This document shows positions 31,468 to 40,703 of a stretch of 64,000 nt of DNA, one piece after another (position 1 is the first letter of the stretch; every line of letters starts with the position of its first letter). Source of the DNA: Candidatus Cloacimonadales bacterium (GTDB taxonomy: Bacteria > Cloacimonadota > Cloacimonadia > Cloacimonadales > JAFGVF01); NCBI GenBank assembly GCA_963663475.2, contig CAXXJV010000002.1, forward strand, positions 32,001-96,000, written 5' to 3'. Made by a program: the position numbers and the translations under genes. The notes below the pieces were generated by a model. It saw only the letters and a program-made list of their open reading frames with translations, made no database searches and had not been told where the DNA came from.

Positions 31468-32115
31468 TTATCTTACTAGTTCTAATAGACCAAAGAAATG
31501 GCAAATAGTTCCACCTAGAACAAAGATATGCCAGATGGGATGGTGATAGGGTAACTTTTTCCAAGCATAGAAAACTACTCCTAAAGAATAAGATGCTCCC
31601 CCAATAGCTAACCATAAAAAGAGGGAAGTAGGAAGAACTTTCATCATCCAATAGAGAAAACCTAAAAAAAGCCAGCCCATTGCTAAATAGATAGAGTTAG
31701 TTAAATGACTGGATTTCCCTTTAGTCAGACACTGTATTATAATACCAATTATAGTAAGACCCCAAATGATTCCAAATATAGTCCAGCCTAAGGCATTTCT
31801 CATAGCTAGGGTAATAGGTGTATAAGTTCCAGCTATAAAAAGATAGATTGCTGATTGATCAAATATGGAAAAAATGGTCTTTACTTTTTTATGAGTAATA
31901 CTATGAAATAGGGTAGAAGAAAGGTAGAGAGAAATTGAACCAAAGCCATATAAAGCATAGCCTACCACCATAAGAGGCTGATTAACTAATACTGCTTTAG
32001 CGATAAGAATGACCATAGCTGCTATGGCTAAGAAGATTCCTATTCCATGAACAATAGAAGAAAATATCTCTTCTCCTAGTGATTGATGACCAGAAATTGG
32101 ATTTTCATCGTACAT
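31468..32115 (-). CDS. Hemolysin III/PAQR family membrane protein
   Basis: EE..S..HG.G, SSTLFH, D..AIYL.IAGTYTP, H.IWH.FVL.G..CH. Confidence 0.92.
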   Translation of the reverse strand: MYDENPISGHQSLGEEIFSSIVHGIGIFLAIAAMVILIAKAVLVNQPLMVVGYALYGFGSISLYLSSTLFHSITHKKVKTIFSIFDQSAIYLFIAGTYTPITLAMRNALGWTIFGIIWGLTIIGIIIQCLTKGKSSHLTNSIYLAMGWLFLGFLYWMMKVLPTSLFLWLAIGGASYSLGVVFYAWKKLPYHHPIWHIFVLGGTICHFFGLLELVR

Positions 32116-32151
32116 AAAATTTCCTCAAAATATTTGGTTTAGATGTTTTGT

Positions 32152-34551
32152 TTATTTTTTTAAGTATTCTAGAACTAAAGTTCTTACTAAGAAAGAAGTG
32201 TCATTTTGCATTTTGCTTATTTCTTGTCTAGCTAAATGACTATCTATAGTTTTCAAAGCAGAAGCAATAACAAACCTAACTTTCTCATTTTCAGACTTAT
32301 AATACTTGCTAATCAAAGGGATATATTGATCATCTTTAAAGGCTGCTAGGGCAGAAATACAGCTAGTAATATACTTGTCTGATTCGTAAAAATCAATAAT
32401 TAAAGGGAGAAATTCTTCTAATTCTAAGCTAGCTACTAAGGCAATAGTATTCTTGTTGGCTAGGCTATCCTGACTTATCATAGGGTCGAGTAATCTACTT
32501 TGTGAACTGCTACTATTCTCAAAAAAGTCTTTAATAGCCCTGTATTCCTTAGTGTCACGGGTGGACATCTTATGATTAATAATATATTCAACACTTTCAG
32601 TCTCACGTGAGACTAGGATTTCTCTAGCCCTAGTTACTCTATTTACTACATTACCAACTTGCCATTCAGCTGCAAAAGCAAAAATATCTTCAATTGGACC
32701 TAGAGAATCAATACTAGCAGGTAACTGGACAATGCTTGAGTTAGTTTCCATCTTTTCTGGTCCTAGTAAATCTATTCCTATACCCATTAATCCTTGCTCC
32801 CATTCTAAAGAATCTTGCATACTTGCATGTGGATAAAAGTCTTTTCCTCCACCATCTATGAAAAGTCCTATACTTGCTGAAGAACGAGCAGCTTTACCAT
32901 AACCATAATTAGAATTAGTTCCATTCTCATACCTATCATTTCCTGCCTTATCTAAAAAGATACCTACAGAATTAGTAAGACCTAAACCATTTCCTCCCTC
33001 AATCGAATAATGGTCATCACCTTGCCCATCAATTAGGATGCCAAGAGCAAAGTCATGTCCTGCTCCTTGACCTGGTCCGTGTTTTGAATAATAGCTATCC
33101 TGACCAGCTTTATCATAGAGCAAGCCTCCAGCTAAATGAATACCAGAACCTTGGGGATAATAAACAGCATTATAAAAGTCATTTCCTTCTTGGTCAAGTA
33201 AGATGCCTAATCCGTACCAATAACCTACTCCTTGGGCATAAACTCCACCTAGATACCTATCATTTCCTGATTTATCACTTAGTGTTGCAATACCGCCAGC
33301 AAAGTTAGGTCTCATACCGAAACCCATTCCTTGGCCCATAGATCTATAATCATCTGGAGCTAATGGAGCATGAAATTCATTAGTACCGCAGATATAAGTA
33401 TCGCTTCCAGCTTCATCCAAAAGGAAAGAAAAACCCCATGTGGAAGCAAAGGCTTGACCATACTGACCAGTTGAATAAATATCATCACCATTTTTGTCAA
33501 TCATGAGAGACGCCCCGAAAGCACTTGCACTCCAAGCAAAAGAATCAGCTCTGTAGACATCAGCACCTGCAAAATCAATGAATTCGTTAAAACCAAAGAT
33601 AGCTGAAATAGCTTGTTTATCTGCAGAATAATAGTCATCTCCCATTAAGTCATAGGCATAAGAAAAACCAAAATTAGCAGAGAAGAGAGAGTTCTCAGAT
33701 ATGTATCTATCATTACCTGAGGCGTCAAATAAGAAGAAATTCGCTTGATTATTGTCTAAGAAGCTATAGCTGTCATTACCAGCAGGTTCAATAATAGCTA
33801 TTGCATTATCAATAATATGTTGGTCATCATAGATTGATGCAATAATAATTTCACCTAAAGGACTTTGGTGAATTATATTCTCTTCTTGCCACATAATTTT
33901 ATCAATATTTGCATGAAGAAATTCAAACAAAGATATTATGGTAAGTTTTTCTTGGAGATAGTCTTTTCCTTCAATTACTACTGGTTGGTAAAAGATATAC
34001 CAGTTTATCTTCTTAATTATTTCTTCAAATTCTTGACTTGAAATGTCAATAGTCTCAGACTCCTCCTCCTCATCAGAGAATAATGTTTTACTAAAAGCTA
34101 GCAAGATTTCTTTTTCAGATTGATCAAGATTGGTAAACATTTGGTCAAAATGGAAGCGTTTTATGGTTAAATAACTTTCTATAAGATCAATAAGTTCATT
34201 AACCTCAATATTAGCTTTTAAGGATAAATCCGAAATATCAGGATAGCTTAAGTCTATCCTCTCATTATTAAGGAACTTATAAGCCATTTCATTAAAAAGG
34301 TCTGGTTGAGTTATCCCAGCAAGTTGGCTAGCATAATCAAGGAAAAAGTAAGGATTATTAATAGAAGAAGTAATTATTTGATTTTTTAGATAGGTCTCAT
34401 CTGACCAATCCTTTAAAAACATGAGATCTTGGGACGAAAGTTGAAGTTTGCTGAGAGCTTGTTCAACTAAGAGAGAATCTTCTTGAGTGAAGATATCAGC
34501 CCAAGTTAGACTTATAGATAGTATTAAGGCAAATATTAGTATTAATTTCAT
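32152..34551 (-). CDS. Secreted protein with about 12 D..G.D.Y repeats and a C-terminal HEAT-like region
   Basis: Signal peptide; Gly/Asp-rich repeat block; helical C-terminus. Confidence 0.8.
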   Translation of the reverse strand: MKLILIFALILSISLTWADIFTQEDSLLVEQALSKLQLSSQDLMFLKDWSDETYLKNQIITSSINNPYFFLDYASQLAGITQPDLFNEMAYKFLNNERIDLSYPDISDLSLKANIEVNELIDLIESYLTIKRFHFDQMFTNLDQSEKEILLAFSKTLFSDEEEESETIDISSQEFEEIIKKINWYIFYQPVVIEGKDYLQEKLTIISLFEFLHANIDKIMWQEENIIHQSPLGEIIIASIYDDQHIIDNAIAIIEPAGNDSYSFLDNNQANFFLFDASGNDRYISENSLFSANFGFSYAYDLMGDDYYSADKQAISAIFGFNEFIDFAGADVYRADSFAWSASAFGASLMIDKNGDDIYSTGQYGQAFASTWGFSFLLDEAGSDTYICGTNEFHAPLAPDDYRSMGQGMGFGMRPNFAGGIATLSDKSGNDRYLGGVYAQGVGYWYGLGILLDQEGNDFYNAVYYPQGSGIHLAGGLLYDKAGQDSYYSKHGPGQGAGHDFALGILIDGQGDDHYSIEGGNGLGLTNSVGIFLDKAGNDRYENGTNSNYGYGKAARSSASIGLFIDGGGKDFYPHASMQDSLEWEQGLMGIGIDLLGPEKMETNSSIVQLPASIDSLGPIEDIFAFAAEWQVGNVVNRVTRAREILVSRETESVEYIINHKMSTRDTKEYRAIKDFFENSSSSQSRLLDPMISQDSLANKNTIALVASLELEEFLPLIIDFYESDKYITSCISALAAFKDDQYIPLISKYYKSENEKVRFVIASALKTIDSHLARQEISKMQNDTSFLVRTLVLEYLKK

Positions 34552-34581
34552 TACTTCTCCTAATTTAGCTGTTTAACTTAC

Positions 34582-34752
34582 TTAAACCCAAATAATGCAT
34601 TAGACCTCTGTGAATAGCACAATATTCTTCTGCAAAAGTAAGATCCATAATTTCTCCGAATATATAAATATATGCGTCAAAATTCTGTAAGCTATTTTGC
34701 TAAAAGAATCTAGCTATCTTCATCAAAGTTCAAATGCACTATTCGAGTTTAA
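34582..34752. mobile_element. Family A MITE-like element, long form
   Basis: Near-identical to 9965-10136; a second, shorter degenerate copy lies at 34819-34900. Confidence 0.8.
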
Positions 34753-34925
34753 CCTAATAGAAGTGAGCTATTAAAGTAGTCAAGAAAAGATATTGACTTT
34801 TTTTTATCTATCTATGTATTAACCTCAATAGTGCCGTAAGCACTTGTGAATAGAATAATCTGCACTTTTACTAAAATCCTACTAGACCACTTGGGATTAA
34901 GGACAAATAAAATATGAAAATGAAG

Positions 34926-34950
34926 TGTAACCAAATAAGAATACAACGTT
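34926..34950 (+). promoter_or_regulatory. Possible ECF autoregulatory promoter
   Basis: TGTAAC-N15-CGTT just upstream of the ECF sigma gene; spacing slightly short. Confidence 0.35.
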
Positions 34951-34971
34951 ATAAAATGTGAGACGCAAAAT

Positions 34972-35511
34972 ATGGATGATAAAGAATTAGTATTAAAAGC
35001 TAAAAAAGATATTAATGCCTTTGATGAATTGTACAAAAAGTACTTTCCTTTGATTAACAGATTTGTTTATCATAAGGTAAGTGAAGAAGAAGTGCGTCGA
35101 GATATAGTAGCTAATGTCTTTTTTAAGGCTCTGAAAAATATATATAAGTTCAAATATATGTATAAGGGTGCTTTCTCTGGATGGCTATACCGGATAGCTA
35201 TTAATGAAGTAACTGACTACTATCGTAAGAATGGAAGAAGTAAGAAATTAGTTCAAGATGTGAAATTAAATCAGATAAGTCCTTTGAGTGAAGATATCAA
35301 AATTGAATATGATAACTTAAGGATAGCAATAAAAAAGCTAAACGATAAAGAACAAAATGTCATTATTTTACGATATTTCGAAAAAATGAGTAACCAAGAG
35401 ATTGCCCAAATACTCGGCAAGAAAGAAGGTGCTGTAAAAGTGCAAGTTCATAGAGCTATGCAAAAACTGAAAGCTATAATGATTGAATTAGAAGGAAGAA
35501 ATGATGGATAA
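34972..35511 (+). CDS. ECF RNA polymerase sigma-70 factor
   Basis: AFDELY..Y, FSGWLYRIA.N, LRYFE.MS..EIA..LG..EG.VK...HRA. Confidence 0.93.
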   Translation: MDDKELVLKAKKDINAFDELYKKYFPLINRFVYHKVSEEEVRRDIVANVFFKALKNIYKFKYMYKGAFSGWLYRIAINEVTDYYRKNGRSKKLVQDVKLNQISPLSEDIKIEYDNLRIAIKKLNDKEQNVIILRYFEKMSNQEIAQILGKKEGAVKVQVHRAMQKLKAIMIELEGRNDG

Positions 35512-36049
35512 ATTTGAAGATAAACTTTTGAATTTAAAAATACCTGAGATTACTGATAAATATTTAGAGTATGAATTAAAGGAAAGACTAGAAAAGAAAT
35601 TCTTTTATAATAAGTTTAAGATTCCTTATCGAATTGCCTTTTCTTCCGCCTTAGCAATGTTCTTCTTAACTATTAGCTTTGTTATTAATCCAAACATTGC
35701 TAATAAAATTAACTATGCTATAAGGGGAGAAAATAATAAGCAAATTGTTCAAAACAAGGAAGATAATCAAGCAGAACTCTCAAATATTGCCTCTTCACAA
35801 GACTTCATTGGCTTTGAAGGACTGTCTCAAATTGCAAATGATAATGTAGCAATAGACCAAAGTAAGCTTACTAGTGTTGCAGATAATAAGGGCAATATTA
35901 AAACAATTAAATACCTTAATCCTGACGACTTTGAAGAAGGTAAAATTTATATGATAAGAAAATATAAGTCTCAAGATCAACAAGGTATAATTATGATAAA
36001 TGAAATTCAAAATCAAAATTCTGCTAAGGATGTAATCCGTAAAATGTGA
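35501..36049 (+). CDS. Putative single-TM anti-sigma factor
   Basis: Overlaps the sigma stop; short cytoplasmic N-terminus, one TM, soluble C-terminus. Confidence 0.6.
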   Translation: MMDKFEDKLLNLKIPEITDKYLEYELKERLEKKFFYNKFKIPYRIAFSSALAMFFLTISFVINPNIANKINYAIRGENNKQIVQNKEDNQAELSNIASSQDFIGFEGLSQIANDNVAIDQSKLTSVADNKGNIKTIKYLNPDDFEEGKIYMIRKYKSQDQQGIIMINEIQNQNSAKDVIRKM

Positions 36050-36056
36050 GGATATT

Positions 36057-36773
36057 GTGAAAATTAAAAGATTCTCTTATTTACTCATCTTATTTGTCTT
36101 AATAGCTACTTCTATCTCTGCAGATGTGTATCTCGGACTCTACTTAACTGAAATAGATAGCGAGAAATCTAATTCTCAACAATTATCAGGGGTCTATGTT
36201 CATAATGTTATCAAAGATTCTCCAGCTGCTAAAGCAGGACTGCAAACTGGTGATATTCTTACTGCTGTTGATCAAGAAAAATTGAAGTCAATAGACCATT
36301 TTGTTGACCTTCTTGATAAATACCAAGCTGGAGATAAACTTAACTTAGCTTTCATTAGAAATAAACAAGAACTTACCAGCACCCTTATCTTAGCAGACAA
36401 AACTAAACATGAAAAATCTCTTTTCGAAAGCAAAATACAAGAACTCTTACAAGAAAGTAAAACCTTTATCTTTAGATTTGAATCTCAAGAAGATAATGTT
36501 ATCGGTGTGGAAATAGAAACAAATGATACTCAAGATAGTCTGGGTGTACTTATTACTCAAGTTATTCAAAATTCTCCAGCTGAAAAAGCTAATCTCCAAA
36601 TTGGAGACCTGATTCTGAGAGTTGATAAGAAGGATATAAGAAAAGCTTCTGACTTAGTTGATTATTTACAAAAAGTAGATGTTGGCGATAAAGTAATCCT
36701 TACTATTCTCAGGAATCAGAAGAAACTTGAAGTGCCTGTTCAAGTAGTTCAAAGAAAAACAATATTCGAGTAA
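36057..36773 (+). CDS. Secreted tandem-PDZ protein (no protease domain)
   Basis: GTG start; signal peptide; two 'V..V..(D/N)SPA.KA.LQ.GD.I..VD' PDZ units. Confidence 0.88.
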   Translation: MKIKRFSYLLILFVLIATSISADVYLGLYLTEIDSEKSNSQQLSGVYVHNVIKDSPAAKAGLQTGDILTAVDQEKLKSIDHFVDLLDKYQAGDKLNLAFIRNKQELTSTLILADKTKHEKSLFESKIQELLQESKTFIFRFESQEDNVIGVEIETNDTQDSLGVLITQVIQNSPAEKANLQIGDLILRVDKKDIRKASDLVDYLQKVDVGDKVILTILRNQKKLEVPVQVVQRKTIFE

Positions 36774-36851
36774 ACTTTCCTAACTCAATTTACAAATTTA
36801 GTGTTTTCTATATAGGTTATATCTAATATAATAAATTAGGCAAAACTAACA

Positions 36852-37020
36852 TAATTCCAAATAATGCAGTAGACCTTTGTGAATAACACTATATTCTTCT
36901 GCAAAAGTAAGATCCATAATTTTTCCGAATATATAAAATATATGCGTCAAAATTATGTAAGCTATTTTGCTAGAATAAACTGCACTCTTCACTAAAGCTC
37001 TACTACACTATCTAGGATAA
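36852..37020. mobile_element. Family A MITE-like element, long form
   Basis: Near-identical to 9965-10136. Confidence 0.8.
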
Positions 37021-37089
37021 TACAATTTTATAAATACCTGCTACATAAATTCATAGTATCTATTATAGTCCTAGAGGAGGAAAAAGTAT

Positions 37090-37156
37090 TTGACAGAAAG
37101 TTAGTAACGGCTAACTTGTCATCAAATATTATAAAAAGTTAGTTATGTATAACTAA
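37090..37156 (+). promoter_or_regulatory. Promoter (-35 TTGACA) with two palindromic operator-like boxes, DtxR/MntR-like
   Basis: AAGTTAG-taacgg-CTAACTT (37098-37117) and TTAGTTAT-gt-ATAACTAA (37139-37156). Confidence 0.55.
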
Positions 37157-37169
37157 TCGAGGAGATATT

Positions 37170-38186
37170 ATGAAAAAGGTAATTTTAATATTTACCATTA
37201 TTGCTACTTTTGTTGTTATTAATGCTCAGCTAAGCCTTCCTCAAGTGCATGCTGGATTAATGTTAGACTTTAATAATTACAGTGGAGATAATGCAAACAC
37301 TGGATTTTACAACACTTCTAATCGCTTTCAAGTGAGAAAAGCAGCTGTAACTATTACAGGAAATGCTGGAGATTATGTTGATTATGCAATTGAAACAGGA
37401 ATCTGTTCTTGTGTTGGAGCTGGTACAGGCTTGCAGTTACTGGAAGCTGAAATTGATTATCATATAAATGATAATATCAGTTTAGGGCTTAGACAAGGCC
37501 ATGTTCTAAGAGGCTTTGCTGGTTCAACTGATTGTCTAGCTAGAATTCCTTTAGAAAGACCAGTTTTTGCTTTAGCAATGACAAACTGCCATCCAACAGG
37601 ATTTGTTGCTAATTTCCATTATGATCTACCATTTAATTCTGATATTGAGTTTGAAAGTGCTTTTATGAATGGGGGAGGAAGTAATACTTTAGATGGGGAA
37701 AAGGATTATAATTTCGGAACTATTATCAATACTCCTATTACTGGTTTAGCTCTAACAGGAGCCTATAATCTAATTTCCAAAGAATACTATATCGATGATA
37801 GAATGCAAAGTAAAGATGGACATCGCCTTATCGGAGGTATGAAATATGATTTTGCTGATTTTAATATTACAGGTGAATATTATTCTGGTAAGGGATTTGA
37901 AAGCAAAGATACAGAAAATGATGCTTACTATCTATTAGCTTCTTATAGAATTTCTGCAGATTTAGCAAGGATTGATTATATTCAGCCATATGTTAGATAT
38001 TCTTATTGGGATAAAGCTGCTCAGCTAACAAGTGGAATGGAGTATGATTATCTTGATGCAGGCTTAATAATCTCTTTAGATGCTTATACTAAGCTTAAGT
38101 TCAATTATAACAAGAATCTATCTCATCCAGATGCTTTATCGGAAGAAGCTGCAAGCTTCATTGCCAGAATTCAGCTTAGTATATAG
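37170..38186 (+). CDS. Outer-membrane porin (OprO/P-like fold) with Cys/His motifs
   Basis: Signal peptide; 'RF.VRKA.V.I.G', 'GEYY.G', 'QPYVRY', terminal 'ARIQLSI'; CSC, DC and CH motifs. Confidence 0.7.
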   Translation: MKKVILIFTIIATFVVINAQLSLPQVHAGLMLDFNNYSGDNANTGFYNTSNRFQVRKAAVTITGNAGDYVDYAIETGICSCVGAGTGLQLLEAEIDYHINDNISLGLRQGHVLRGFAGSTDCLARIPLERPVFALAMTNCHPTGFVANFHYDLPFNSDIEFESAFMNGGGSNTLDGEKDYNFGTIINTPITGLALTGAYNLISKEYYIDDRMQSKDGHRLIGGMKYDFADFNITGEYYSGKGFESKDTENDAYYLLASYRISADLARIDYIQPYVRYSYWDKAAQLTSGMEYDYLDAGLIISLDAYTKLKFNYNKNLSHPDALSEEAASFIARIQLSI

Positions 38187-38196
38187 GAGGGAAAAA

Positions 38197-39075
38197 ATGA
38201 AGAATATTATTATTATAACATTTTTAGTCTTTGTTTTATCTTTATCAGCTGAAAGTATAAGCCTTTATCCTGTAAGTGATAATTATACAGATGTAGAGCA
38301 TGTAGGAAGTGATAATGTATTAACCGAATTATGGACAGCTAATTTTGTACCTGCAGGAAACTATCAGCGGATTAATCTTGATTTCGATATCAGTCCATAT
38401 TTGCAAAGTGGTTTTCAAAGTGGGCAGCTTAATTTAACCCGTTTCTTCTCTTGTCCGTCAAGTGGTACAACAATGATAAAAATCTACCCAATAACTCAAG
38501 TTTGGGATGAGACAAGTTGTGATATCCATCAACATCTTGATTATGAAGAAAGTATATATACTCAATATCATTTAACAGGAACTCCAGGTTCTAGTATAAA
38601 ACACTTTTCTCTTGATGTTACAGACATACTAGATGAAGTAATAAGCAGTAATATTGAATTTCATGGTTTCTTGATAAAGGCAAATGAAAATCAGAAATTT
38701 TCTAAGTTCTATTCAAAAGAGTATTCAAATGTGGATTATAGGCCTAGTTTAGACATCGTTTATTCTGGTGTGAGTAATGATATTAATCAAATCTCTCCAT
38801 CTGAACTTAAGCTTACTGTTTTCCCTAATCCATTTAATCCTACAACAAGCATAGAATTTTCTAATCCTCACTCTTTAGCTAGTCAAATTTCAATTTATAA
38901 TATTAGGGGTAGATTAGTAAAGAGAACAAGTTTGGCAGGAAGTAAGGGAAGTAAAAGTAGTTTTACTTGGAATGCTAGGAATGATAATAATGAAGAAGTG
39001 GCTTCGGGATTATACTTTTGCAGGGTGCAAGTTGGTAAGCAAGAAGAAATCAAGAAAATTATCTTACAAAAGTAG
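38197..39075 (+). CDS. Secreted protein with DNRLRE-like beta-sandwich domain and FlgD-Ig/T9SS-like CTD
   Basis: AGGAGG RBS before ATG 38197; 'FDI', 'WDE', 'DVT', 'GF.IK', 'FYSKE...RP.L'; FPNPFNP CTD. Confidence 0.75.
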   Translation: MKNIIIITFLVFVLSLSAESISLYPVSDNYTDVEHVGSDNVLTELWTANFVPAGNYQRINLDFDISPYLQSGFQSGQLNLTRFFSCPSSGTTMIKIYPITQVWDETSCDIHQHLDYEESIYTQYHLTGTPGSSIKHFSLDVTDILDEVISSNIEFHGFLIKANENQKFSKFYSKEYSNVDYRPSLDIVYSGVSNDINQISPSELKLTVFPNPFNPTTSIEFSNPHSLASQISIYNIRGRLVKRTSLAGSKGSKSSFTWNARNDNNEEVASGLYFCRVQVGKQEEIKKIILQK

Positions 39076-39084
39076 GGGATAGAG

Positions 39085-39564
39085 ATGAAGACTTTTCTTT
39101 TTACCATACTTCTAATCATAAGTGGAGTAAACTTACATTCTCAGTCTAACAATTCTCAGCTATTAAGAGAATATTTAGCAAGCAAGTCTGATTTTCTTAG
39201 TTATGAAATAATAGAGTCTGATGATGAAGTTTACGCCACAATAATGACAAGCGATAAACAAGAAGTTTATGTATTTATTAGTAATGAATCAGAGGAGCTT
39301 AGAGGTTATCAAGGATATAATAAATTAATAGTTCAAGTTGATCATCAGCAACAAATCAAGAAGCTAGAGCTTATTAAAAGTGGAGATACAGCTTCTTTTG
39401 TGAGAAGGGTAAAAGCTAGTGATTTTCTCCAACAATTTGTGAAGTGGACAAAGGGTAAGGAAATCAGATCAGTTACTGGTGCGACCTTAACTTGCAAGTC
39501 TATAGAAGCGACCTTAGCAAATATGATTTCGAGGATTCAGGCTATTCAGTCAGATATGAATTAA
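39085..39564 (+). CDS. Extracytoplasmic FMN-binding domain protein (flavinylation target)
   Basis: Signal peptide; 'RGYQG', 'FL.QF', 'VTGATLT' flavinylation motif. Confidence 0.82.
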   Translation: MKTFLFTILLIISGVNLHSQSNNSQLLREYLASKSDFLSYEIIESDDEVYATIMTSDKQEVYVFISNESEELRGYQGYNKLIVQVDHQQQIKKLELIKSGDTASFVRRVKASDFLQQFVKWTKGKEIRSVTGATLTCKSIEATLANMISRIQAIQSDMN

Positions 39565-39659
39565 TTTATTCATTCTTAAGCAAGATAGTATTTATGTAAG
39601 CCATACACATATCCTAAAAAAAGTGAGGGTAGAGTTATTCCTACCCTCCATTTTTACCA

Positions 39660-40157
39660 TTAATATTTAAAACTATTTTCTCCAACATTTATTTTAGAAT
39701 TAATCTTCTCTTTATTATAAAGTTTTCTAACTTCGATAAGGTTGAGCACATCATAATCATTAGAGGCCAAGAATTTTATCATCTTATGGTTATTAGGATG
39801 AACATTAATAAAAGCAGTTTCTTTGCCAAGGTCATTTGCTCTTTGATTGGCTATACTTAGCAATTGTCTAGCATATTTATTTCTTCTTGCTTCCTCAAGG
39901 ACAAATAATTGTTCAAGCCAGACAGTCTTATCAAAAACTCTTAAAATACAATAAGCTATTGCCTTATCAGCTTTATCAGCTAAATATACTTCATATTCAG
40001 AGGTAAAGTAGTCTGAAAGTTCCTCTTTAGCATCATCTCTACTATATGTAAGTTTTCTCTCCTTGAGGAGAGCTAACTCATGTCTAAAACAATAAAGTAA
40101 GCTTGCCAGGTCATCTAGTCTAGCTTCTTTACAAGTAATTTTATTAATTTTAAGCAT
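39660..40157 (-). CDS. GNAT family N-acetyltransferase
   Basis: 'WLEQLFV...RR..YA..LL', 'VHPNN..MI.FL...Y'. Confidence 0.85.
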   Translation of the reverse strand: MLKINKITCKEARLDDLASLLYCFRHELALLKERKLTYSRDDAKEELSDYFTSEYEVYLADKADKAIAYCILRVFDKTVWLEQLFVLEEARRNKYARQLLSIANQRANDLGKETAFINVHPNNHKMIKFLASNDYDVLNLIEVRKLYNKEKINSKINVGENSFKY

Positions 40158-40401
40158 ATTCCCACCTTATTTAATTCAATTATTAGTATTTTAGCAAGTA
40201 TGTAAAGAAAAAAAAGAAATTGAGATTTTTTTATTGACATTTTAGCTAAAGTAATTAAATTAAGAATATGATTCGAAACAAAAGGAGAAATCTGCTTGTT
40301 TGGAATAAGAATTAGAGATTATAAATCCTGAGATTAAGGTAAATACTAAATTCAAGGGATGGAGAATCAAGAGTAGATTAATTATAGGATAATTATATAT
40401 A

Positions 40402-40430
40402 CACTCCGTCCTGAAGGCGGAGTTTTTTTT
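40402..40430 (+). promoter_or_regulatory. Leader terminator/SD-sequestering hairpin directly before the TM1266-type gene
   Basis: actccgtc-ctgaa-ggcggagt followed by a T run abutting ATG 40431; GGAG SD lies in the 3' stem. Confidence 0.65.
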
Positions 40431-40679
40431 ATGGAAAAAAAGGTAAGAACAGTAACAATAACAGTTCATGATAGAGAGAAATCTTTTCAACAAGTTTCAA
40501 CAATTCTCCATGATTTAGCAGATAGTATTATGTTACGGGTAGGCTATCCTATGCCTGATCAGAATATATCTATCATTTTTATTATAATCAAGTTAACAAA
40601 TGATGAACTAGGTGCTTTCACTGGCAAGTTAGGGCAAATCCCATCTGTTAATGTAAAATCAACAAGTTTAAAAATTTAA
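40431..40679 (+). CDS. TM1266-family putative iron-only hydrogenase system regulator (ACT-like)
   Basis: 82 aa; 'V..ILH.....I..R.G.P', 'GA.TGKLG.I..V.VK'; upstream of hydG. Confidence 0.85.
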   Translation: MEKKVRTVTITVHDREKSFQQVSTILHDLADSIMLRVGYPMPDQNISIIFIIIKLTNDELGAFTGKLGQIPSVNVKSTSLKI

Positions 40680-40703
40680 AAAAAAGATAAATAGAGGTAA
40701 AAA

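Noticed and set aside
40300-40430. Tyr T-box riboswitch before hydG (AGAGA, CTGA and TAC are present)
   Set aside because: No T-box consensus (GGTGGNACC) adjacent to the terminator; kept only as an unclassified leader
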